64,000 nucleotides of DNA, taken from Dipteris shenzhenensis. Its lineage: Eukaryota. Positions 36,001 through 45,843 of the stretch are shown here, piece after piece. The stretch lies in assembly GCA_047967505.1 (NCBI GenBank), contig CM106538.1, one strand, 5' to 3'. The position numbers and the translations under genes are program-made. Under the pieces are notes generated by a model. It was not told the DNA's origin, did not search any database, and saw nothing but the letters and a program-made list of their open reading frames with translations. How positions within the stretch are numbered: position 1 is the stretch's first letter; every line of letters begins with the position of its first letter.

Positions 36001-39000
36001 ATCTAACCACAGGCTATGAAAAAGAGATAGACCACAAGGACACCGATGACATGGATGATTACCTTGAAGATCATAATGTCCCAGTTGTTGATGATGAAAA
36101 GATGGACTTACATGACCCATTCACAGAGAGGTTGGTGGATGAAGACAAATATGATGATGCCCTCTTTGATAATTATGGCTCGCAGGGTTATGAAAAAAGG
36201 CCACTACGACAATACTTAGCGGTATGAACTCTCTATTTCTCAACTAAATACAATTTTTTAAATAAGATTTAAATTTAAAGATAATGAATCTAATCTCTCA
36301 TATTTGTTTACAGGCAATAGAGGGAGAAGAAATGGATGAAGTCAATACGGAGGCACTCCCTTCTATTTCAACAATGCAACCACCTCTAAATTTGATTGAA
36401 AAATCAAATTTAGCTGCATTAGATAAAATGGAGAGCTCATTTCAAGTTAAGATCGTTTTGAAACGAGAACCTCAGTATTTAAGCTTTGGTAGAGAGGAGG
36501 TTTCAATCCTCTCCAATCCTTTAAAAGAGGTTAATGACAATGTTATCTTGGCCATTCTCAGGTAATGTTTATTTATTTATTGCTACTTCAATAAGCTAAC
36601 ATTTGTTTATTTATTCACAGTTCAGTTATATATCAGTTTCCTAGTGCAGAATGCAAATCAATTCTATGAGCTAATGTTTGTTTATTTCTTGGTGCAGTGT
36701 AGTTATTTCTCAACAGTGCAGCATCGTGTCTACATGCTCGATGCTCTCCTTTCTTCTATTCTTAGCTCTCCTCAAAAGACTATAGAAGATGTTTGTACCT
36801 GGTTAAGCCCTTTGAATTTAGATGGGGTGCAAGTCATCTTAATGCCTTATCATGAGGCGTAAGTATCAACACTAACCTTATTTTTACTATTTCTTTGGCA
36901 AGTTTGTGTAAAACAATAATCATTTTTATTCTGGTCGTGTAGCTCACATTGGAGTCTGATCTTCTGGGACCTTGAACTCAACCATTTATGGTTTGTGAAT
37001 TCAATAGAAGGCTATCATGCCAACTCCCCAAGGTAATTATTCTCTTAATATTTTTGATACTTTCTTATTTTGTATCTTATGATCATGACATATTAATATA
37101 TTTCATATGTCATGCTGGACAGTGCTGCATATCGGCTAGTATCTGCTGTCAGAACAACCACGGAGCAACAAGATCAAGTAGAATTCAAAAGACGTCTGCC
37201 AGTGGAGCAAAAAGATGGACACAGCTATGGGTGGAGAGTCGCCTACAACTGCATGTTGTTTCTTAGAGAGATTTTTGATCTGGAGTTACCAGTCAAAATG
37301 GAATCATATACAGAAGCTGATCTGCTAGCATTTCGGGCTGAGAGTATTCAGCATCTAATTACTACCATTGGGAAACAACATGAAAATATGACTACATTGC
37401 AGCATGTATAAAACCTTATCTTTATACTTGTATACTTGTTCCAGCCTTTAATTGGGATGTATAAATCTCATAACTTTTTTATATTTTCTTCCAAAAGGAG
37501 AAGAGAATGAGTTTAATGAAAGCATGCTATCTTTATACTTTTATAATTATTTAAACCATTAATTTTATTTGGGATGTATAAATCTCATAACTTGTCTAAT
37601 GAAAGCATGCTATCTTTATACTTCTATGATTATTTAAACCATTATTTTTATTTGGGATGTGTAAATCTCATAACTTTTTAAATTTTTCATCCAAGAGAAG
37701 GAGAGACTCACTCTAATGAAAGCGTGTATGAAACCTTTTTAAATTTTTGCTCCAAGCAGAGGAAAGACTTACACTAATGAAAGCATGTATGAAACCTTAT
37801 CTGCTTGTTTAAGCCTTTATTTGGGATGTGTACATCGCATAACTTTTTTATATTTTTATGGCAGAAGGAGGATGTGGAAGACATAGCAAGTAAAGAAGAA
37901 TACGATGTAGACTACTCCCTCAATAAGATGAGTCATAAAAATATGAATCTATTGGAGCAGATTGGAAGTTCATTCACTGCTATGTTGTTAATTCGACAAC
38001 AACCTCATTTTTTTGAATTTGGTGAAGAAGAGATTTCAATCCTCTTGAATCCTAAGAATGAGGTTAATGTCAAAGTCATTACAACCATCCTCAGGTTTGA
38101 TGCAGCCTTTTCCTTGGCTTTATACTTTGCTTATTTTGATTAAACCCAAGAAGCTAATACTTTTTTTTTTAATATAGCAATGTTATAGCAAATTTTTCGC
38201 AAAATATACAAAGCGTTTCATATATGCTCGATCCTCGTATTTCGGAAGTGCTTAGCAACAAAGAAGAAACCATAGAGAATGTTTGCAAGTGGTTGAAGCA
38301 CATTCCTATGAATGACGCACGAGTTATTTTTACAGCATATTATGAGAAGTAAGCATCAAACCCTACTTGTTTTTTCTATTGCATTGCTAGAATTGTCTCA
38401 AACACAGTAATTATTCTTTATTGATAATGCAACTCACATTGGAGTCTGGTAGTCGTGGACATCCTTGCGAAGAAGTGCTTCTTTGCAAACTCAATGACAT
38501 CCGTCCATGGCAATGTGTTAGAGTAAGTATAGACTACACTTGTTGTCACTTCTTGACATGTAGATTGATATGCAATGCACATATTCACTGTTGTTATATG
38601 TTTTGATATGCAGATTAGCTCGAAAATTAGTAGATGCTATCGGCATAGTAATGCGGCAATGTGACTTGGCACAACAAATAGAGTATATAACATGTCAGGT
38701 ATCACATCAAGATAATAGCCACATCTATAATTGTGGATGGAGGGTGGGCTACAATTGCTTTTTGGTACTTGGTCAAATTTTTGAGATGCAAAATGACACC
38801 ACACTATCAACATATACGGATTTGCATCTCTATGCATTTATAACATGTACCATTCGAGCAATCATTGATTGCGAAATGAATGCCATCAAAGAGTCAAAGA
38901 GGATAGATGACCTCAACTCTACAAACATGGCCTCATTAAAAGAATTGGGAAGCTCTTTTAATGTTAGGGTTATGATTCAACATAGACCTCAGTATCTTGA

Positions 39001-40221
39001 ATTTGGGGGAGAAGAGATTTCAATTCTCTCTAGAGCTTCAAATGAGGTCAATAACAACGTTATGATGGCCATTCTCAGGTTTGATACAAACTTTTTCTCT
39101 ACTTGATAATTCAATATTTTGATTTAATCTAATAAGCTAATAAGCTAATATTCATTTATTTTGATTAAATCTAATAAGCTAATATTCATTTATTTGTTGG
39201 TGCAGTATAGTTATCTCACGATTTGGTAGAGTCGTACAAAATCGTGCGTATATGTTGGATTCCCTCCTTTCTCCTATACTTAGCGATAGCAGAAAGACAA
39301 TAGCCGATGTTTGTAAATTATTACAGCCTTTACATTTACATGGCGTGCGAGTCCTATTTATGGCATATCATGAGATGTAAGTATCATGGCAACCTTTATT
39401 TTCATCTTGTACTGGCAACATTGTGTTAAATAATAATGGTTCTTAGTTATTCGTGTAGGGAACATTGGAGTCTGGTGGTTTGGAACCTTGAAGACAACTA
39501 TTGTTGGTTTGTTAACTCCATTGCAGGCTTTCATGGCTCAGTGCAAACGTAAGTATTCTATTAATCTGTTGTTACTTCTATATTATGTACCTTATGTGAT
39601 AGATACACTAAGTTTTTTTAATATGTCACGATGAGCAGGTCAATTGAGAAGTTGGTATCTGCTATCAGAGAAACAGGACAGTACAAAGACTCGGTAGACT
39701 TCCAAAAGCGTTTAGTAGTAGAGCAGGAAGATGGGCATAGTTGTGGGTGGAGAGTTGCCTACAACTGCATGTTGATTTTCAAAGAAATTTTCTCACTTAT
39801 GCCACAGATCTCATCGGAAGACTCTTTAGAGCTCAAATATTCAGAGGAGGATATACAATTGTTTAGGGCTGAAATCATTCGAGACCTAATTGCTGCCATT
39901 AGAATACAACGTGCAACTGAAGCAATACCAGAGCTTCCCTTTAAGGAAGAGGAGACTGAGTTTACTATGAAAGCACTGCATACTACAGAAGAAGTAGAGA
40001 CCCAATGTACACCTACAGCACCACAGCCTCCACTGGAAGCATCAGAAGAGTTGCCACCGCCTCCACTTGCATTTAAGGAAGAGGATACTGAGTCTACTCC
40101 GAAAGCACTACATACTACAAAAGAAGTAGAGACCGAGTGTACATCTACAGTACCACAGCCTCCATTGGAAGCATCCGAAGAGTTGCCAGAGTCTCCACTA
40201 GAAGCATCACAAGAGTTGTGA
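33013..40221 (+). pseudogene. Multi-exon transposon cargo gene: ParB/DGQHR-like + methyltransferase-like + 3 x Ulp1/C48-like protease; several disabling lesions
   Basis: ATG at 33013 after a TTGTAG acceptor; frameshift ~34002-34040; phase-0 GT-AG intron 36222-36313 joins the 731-aa ORF to the protease exons; repeated exon pattern; stop at 40219-40221. Confidence 0.75.
36314..39900 (+). CDS. Three tandem spliced Ulp1/SENP-like (peptidase C48) modules
   Basis: HWSL at 36947, 38437 and 39463, each followed by F.NS and then Q.D..(S/N)(C/Y)GWRV.YN (37226 Tyr, 38732 Cys, 39742 Cys). Confidence 0.8.
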
Positions 40222-40319
40222 TGCATGTATGATGTTGTGTTTGTAGTTTTTGTTGATTATACACCAATTTGTGACTTATTACTTAAGTGGCATAATCATG
40301 ATATTTATATAATTTCTTT

Positions 40320-41330
40320 ATGCACACAATTTTATGATATGAATGTGTGATGATGTGATTATTTGGAAATAAATCCTTGTGTGATGAGAATTCTGATATG
40401 AATATGTGATGATGTAATATTTGTAATATATTTATTTCATGCACACAATTTTATGATATGAATGTGTGATGATGTGATTATTTGAAAATAAATCCTTGTG
40501 TGATGAGAATTTTGATATGAATATGTGATGATGTAATATTTGTAATATATTTCTTCATGCACACAATTTTAGGATATGAATGTGTGATGATGTGATTATT
40601 TGGAAATAAATCCTTGTGTGATGAGAATTTTATTCAGTTGGACAGTCTCCACTCACTTAAAGTAGAGCATTCGCAATGCTTCTCTCACTTTATTCCAACC
40701 CTTATCCTTATCATCTCCACTCACTTAAAGTAGAGCATTCAATCTCCACTCGCTTTATTCCAACCCTTATCATAGTGAACACATCGTGCCACTCACTTTA
40801 TTCCAACCCTTATCCTTATCGTAGTGAACACATCGTGCCTTAGTGCACTTGTATTCTTCCATCCTAGTCTTTCCACAAACACTCTCTTATTTCTTACATC
40901 CTAGTCCTTCTGAGTAACTTGTATTCTTCTATCCTAGTCCTTCCGCAAACACTCTCAGAGTCTTCTTTCATCCATCCTGATAACCAAGTATTCTTCTATC
41001 CTAGTTCTTCCACAAACACTCTCTTCTTTCATCCATCCTAGTGCTTCTCATTAACTTGTATTCTTCTTGTATTCTTCTATCCTAGTCCTTCCGCAAACAC
41101 TCTCAGAGTCTTCTTTCATCCATCCTGATAACCAAGTATTCTTCTATCCTAGTTCTTCTGCAGACACTCTCTTCTTTCTTGCATCCTAGTGCTTCTCATT
41201 AACTTGTATTCTTCTATCCTAGTCCTTCCGCAAACACTCTCAGAGTCTTCTTTCATCCATCTTGATAACCAAGTATTCTTCTATCCTAGTTCTTCCTCCG
41301 CAGACACTCTCTTCTTTCTTGCATCGTAGT
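40320..41330. repeat. Right-side tandem repeats: 3 x ~118 bp, then nested GTATTCTTCTATCCTAGT units
   Basis: TGCACACAATTTTA.GATATGAATGTGTGATG at ~40321, ~40440 and ~40558; repeated TATTCTTCTATCCTAGT..CAAACACTCTC at 40850-41330. Confidence 0.85.
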
Positions 41331-41361
41331 CCATCTCCCTTTCTTTATCATCTCCCCACCC

Positions 41362-41814
41362 ATGGATGTCCTTGGCATTGTCGAAGACGTGGAGTTCGGA
41401 ATTAACAATCTCAAAGAATGGATTGCTGACCAAGGAGCACAGAGAGAGGCCAGAATTCGACAAGGTTCTCCTTTGACACACATGGAGAGAGAGGAATTTG
41501 CTGCACAAAGGCACGCAGAGAGGGAGGAGACTCTCAAGATAGCAGACAGTGAAAGACTTCTAAGATGTATGATAAAAGCACGACAAGATCTATTAGACTT
41601 CTTAAGTAACCTGCGTTATCGCAGCTCTCGTCATGGGCGATTTGATGCGGATGCTGAGAGAACAATAAGAGCCTCTCAGAGAAATTATAAAGAAACAATT
41701 TGTGATTGCTTAAACTTCTTCTTCGCATGTAATTATGTTGAGGATACAGCTGTGGAGGCAGTGAAGGATTGGGTTCTTGAGAAGATAAGAGAGACCAATG
41801 ATGAGATCTTCTAG
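41362..41814 (+). CDS. Orphan 150-aa charged, probably helical protein
   Basis: Clean ATG-TAG ORF with protein-like composition, flanked by repeats; no recognisable motif. Confidence 0.5.
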   Translation: MDVLGIVEDVEFGINNLKEWIADQGAQREARIRQGSPLTHMEREEFAAQRHAEREETLKIADSERLLRCMIKARQDLLDFLSNLRYRSSRHGRFDADAERTIRASQRNYKETICDCLNFFFACNYVEDTAVEAVKDWVLEKIRETNDEIF

Positions 41815-41829
41815 ACTTAGATAAGAGAG

Positions 41830-42030
41830 ACTGTATTAAGGTGTTTTTTGACACCATATGGCTTTGTATTAAGGTGTTTTTTGACACCATATGGCCTTGT
41901 ATTAAGGTGTTTTTTGACACCATATGGCTTTGAGTAATATGAGATTCTACTTCTTGTACAAATGTGATGTTAAGATGATGTTAAGAGAGACTGTATTAAG
42001 GTGTTTTTTGGCACCATATGGCTTTGAGTA
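41830..42030. repeat. ~36-bp subterminal repeats TGTATTAAGGTGTTTTTTGACACCATATGGC
   Basis: Three adjacent copies plus a fourth at ~41992. Confidence 0.88.
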
Positions 42031-42310
42031 ATATGATCTACTTCTTTACAAATGTGATGTGCTCTTTTTGAAATGTACTCTAGTTTTCATAACATGTCAC
42101 GCCATTTTTTCTAATTTGATTTTTTAAAATCTTACTTTTTTGTCTCTTTTAACAATGTGATGTACTCTATTTTTAACATCTCACGTCATTTTTTCTAATT
42201 TGATTTTTTAAAATCTTCCTTTTTGACTCAATGTTTTGTTTTATAAGAGCCTCTTTTTTTGAAATGTTTTATCCAGAATTATCTCACAAAATGAATTTGG
42301 ACAGTGCAAG

Positions 42311-42336
42311 AGTCCAAAATTAATGAAATAGGTGTT
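42311..42336 (-). repeat. Right TIR
   Basis: AGTCCAAAATTAATGAAATAGGTGTT followed by AGAT. Confidence 0.97.
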
Positions 42337-44443
42337 AGATGAACCTTGGATTATTGACAGCAGTGGTGCATCGTGCCACATGACCGGTCGTAAGGATTGG
42401 TATACCTCTCTACATCCGGTAGGGAATGACATCCTGGTAGCAGCCGGCAATGATGCAAAATGTCTAGCAAAAGGAAAAGGTATGATTGCTCTCAAGTCAG
42501 ATGGAGTTGTAAAACAGTTGTCCGATGTTCTTTATGTGCCAGATATCAAGAGGAACTTGTTGTCCATTTCTACGATCACGGATCGGGACCTCAAAGTTCA
42601 CTTCGATAAGAATGGCGCACAGATTTTGGATCTTCAAGGGAAGGTCATTGGTAAAGGTACACAACGCAACAACATCTACGAACTCTCAGTTTTCAGTGCT
42701 CAAGCCGATGTGAGCAACACTAAGCTGTGGCATGAGAGGTTTGGTAATCTAAACCATAGTTCTTTAAAGGAGATGCATAAAAGTGGGATGATTGCAGACC
42801 TACCTGAAATTATAGATCAACCCGATGTATGTGAAGCTTGCATGATGGACAAGTAGCATCGGCAGCCCTTTCCTAAAGAGGCCAGTAGGGCAAAGGCTCC
42901 TCTAGAGCTCGTTCACATGGACCTCTGTGGAAAGATGGAGACGGAAGCTTTGGGTGGTTCCTACTACTTCATGACCTAATCGATGACTACAGTAGAAGGA
43001 TATGGATATACTTCCTGAAGACTAAAGATGAGGCTTTTAGTAAGTTCAAAGAATGGCATGTAATGGTCGAGAAAGAAACGGGGAGGAAGGTGAAGAAGTT
43101 GAGATCAGACAGAGGTCGTGAGTTCACCTCAAGTGAATTCAAAAGTTACTGCAAAAGTCACGGGATCAAGAGGCAGAAACCCTAGCAAAATGGAGTAGCA
43201 GAGCGCAAGATGCGCGTCATCTACGAAATGGGTAGGAGTATGATGAAAGGGAAAGATTTGCCAAAGACTTTCTGGGCTCAAGCATGTAACACGGCAGTTT
43301 ACATTCTGAATCGTAGCTACACGAAGGCTGTGAACGGGATGACTCAAACTGAAGAAGGCACTTTACGGGCTGAAACAGGCCCCACGAGCATGGTACCAGC
43401 GAATTGATGCCTACTTTCTGCAAAACGGGTTCAAGAGGAGCCCATCTGATGCAAATTTGTATATCTACAGAGAAGGAGGCAGTTGTATGATCGTGGTCCT
43501 TTATGTGGACGACCTTGTAATAACAGGGAACCATGAAGAAAAGATATCGCAGACAAAGCAGTTGCTATGAAGAGAGTTTGAAATGACAGACCTCGGACTC
43601 ATGCATTTCTGTTTGGGGATTGAAGTTTGGCAAGAGCCAAAACAGATCTTCATCTCACAGCTGAAGTATGCTAGAGAGATACTGAAGGCATTTGGCATCG
43701 CTGAGTGCAAGACACTTGGCACCCCTATGGAGGTTGACGTGAAGCTCTCAAATGAGGATTCATCACCACTGGTGGACGAAGTGAAGTACAGAAGGCTTGT
43801 GGGCAGTTTGATTTACTTGTGTAACACGCAGCTGGACATCAGTTTTGCGACCAGTGTACTAAGCAGGTTTTCTAATAAGCCCTGGGAGAACCATTGGAGG
43901 GCAGGGATGCGGGTGCTGAAATACATCAAAGGCACATTTGATTATGGCATCACCTATACCAAGGGCAACATCTTGACCGGATTATGTTACTCGGATTGGG
44001 CAAGAGATGTGGACAGCAGGAGATCAGTGACAGGTTACTATTTCTCACTTAGATCTGGAGCTGTGTCATGGGTCAGCAAGAAGCAACCTACAGTTGCTCT
44101 TTCTTCTACCGAGGCTGAGTACAAGTCAGCATGTTTTGCTTCTTGTGAGGCAGTGTGGTTAAGGAGGATTTTAGGGGACATGGGTGCAGTGCAGAACAAG
44201 CCTACGCAGTTATCATGTGACAATCAGAGTTGCATGGCAATTGCCAAGAACCCGGTGTACCACGCTCGCACAAAACACATTGAGATTCAATATCACATTG
44301 TACGCGAGCTCATCATGGATGGAGAGGTCGACTTAGTGTACTGTCCGACTACAGAGAATGCTGCGGACATCTTCACGAAGGCTCTTGGAAGAGACTTGCT
44401 GGAGAGGCATCTTCATCGACTTAGCATTGGGTCGAAAAAGTAG
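42337..44443 (+). pseudogene. pol: Copia pol (protease, integrase, deleted IN-RT junction, RT, RNase H)
   Basis: WIIDSSGASCHMT, LWHERFG..CEAC, LELVHMDLCG, LKKALYGLKQAPRAWY, YVDDL, SKKQPTVALSSTEAEY, ADIFTKAL. Confidence 0.95.
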
Positions 44444-44472
44444 TTCACTTACGGGTGGACATTGAGGGGGGG

Positions 44473-45205
44473 TGTTAGATATCAATGCTCCACTCTCGTG
44501 TAACTACGCGGAAACCAGCTAACTCTACTTGTAAGCCCCCCCATATGAGGAGAAGGCATTTGAGTAGCTCGGTTATCCGATAGGTCCTGGTTTGGACACC
44601 AGATGGGGGCCATGTGTGGCCTGATGGCTGGACGGCTTCAGATAGAGTTGGCACACAGCCAACTAGGCTACATGCAAGTGCGGGAAGGCATCCCATGACT
44701 GACCGCACTGAGGGTAGATGGAGCATTTCTCGGGGCAGTCCACTCTTGGGTTGCGGGGCCCGTTTGGAGCCCCAGATGATCCCGGATGGCTTTGGGAGGA
44801 ATGGCAATCGTAGGTCAATTGCTCTATTCTGCGCCACGGTTCTAACGTGTGGTCGGTGGCCTATTTCGGGACCGACCTCCAGTCGGTCGTTTTGGGCCGA
44901 CTGGACGGTTTCCCAATTGGGTCTAACCGACTACGACTGGTGGCTATATAAGAGAAGGCCCGTGAAGCCCATATTCATCACTGGCTACAGCAACCCTGAT
45001 TCCTTAGCATCTAGCCTCCGTCCTCTACTGTTTCCAGCATGCCATCGAAGCTTCTCACACAGGACCGCACGGCTGGAAGGTAGCGCCATCTATTGTATCA
45101 GTTTTACAATAATCAAATTTTTGATTCTCCATACTATCAACTTTTCTCTCTTGCATACGAATTCTTGTTATCTGTTGAGCACAGACGTTGTATTGTTTTC
45201 TTACA
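44473..45205 (+). repeat. Copia 3' LTR
   Basis: Follows the PPT, ends in ACA and is followed by the GGTGG TSD. Confidence 0.95.
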
Positions 45206-45292
45206 GGTGGGGGGGGTGAGGGAGAAAAGGTGGAGATGGTGTATAAGAAGACTTGAGGAGATAAAGCAGGGGATATATATATATATATCTAT

Positions 45293-45327
<35 letters not shown>

Positions 45328-45843
45328 CTCTGAAGAAGAGTCAACATATTGTCCAATAGGAAAAATGCATTTTCAAAAATTTTTAAAATGCCTGATTTCT
45401 GCTTTGCCCAATTTGAAGCATTACCAAAGGGCAGGCCAAAAATAGATCTCAGCGGGCAAAGGCCCTTTGCCTGTGATCTAAAACACACACACACCCCTTC
45501 CACTAAAGCACCGTGAGATTAAGGCCGTTGGCCTTTGAACGTGTTAAGAAGAATGTTGAGTTGAATGTCTTAACGTGTAAACTTTGAACAGTTCAACAAA
45601 CCGAATATTCTTGGAGCGATGGGGAAACACTTTTATTAGCCTATAGTTTTATTTCTGGTGTCGCATTGGTTCCAATAGATAATGCTCGTCGTCATCGTTC
45701 CTCGAGTCCTTTGATCTTTGCCTCTTTCGTACGCATCTCCAGCCCTTCTCACCTCATAGCTTCACTTACTCTCCGGGCACACTCGACAATCACTTGGTTG
45801 AGTCCTAGAGCTTCAATCTCGGAGTTTCTTCTCAGTCTGTTCT

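Larger units (their letters stand above)
14578..42336. mobile_element. Giant (27,759 bp) TIR DNA transposon, Sola1-like
   Basis: Perfect 26-bp TIRs, AGAT TSD (14574-14577, 42337-42340) and a DDD transposase inside. The empty site restores the Copia frame VHVLADEPWIIDS. Boundaries are firm; the superfamily is inferred. Confidence 0.92.
12885..45205 (+). mobile_element. Ty1/Copia LTR retrotransposon interrupted by a 27.8-kb DNA transposon
   Basis: LTRs 12885-13607 and 44473-45205 (TG..CA), GGTGG TSD (12880-12884, 45206-45210), PBS 13608-13619, PPT 44464-44472, gag-PR-IN-RT-RH order. Confidence 0.96.

Noticed and set aside
14577-42337. 27-bp TIR including the flanking T/A, or a CACTA/MULE/hAT/Polinton classification
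   Set aside because: Including T/A destroys the TSD. There are no CACTA termini, no 8-10-bp TSD and no polymerase or capsid genes.
44475-45219. ORFs within the Copia LTRs
   Set aside because: Frames are not preserved between the two LTRs and there are no protein motifs.
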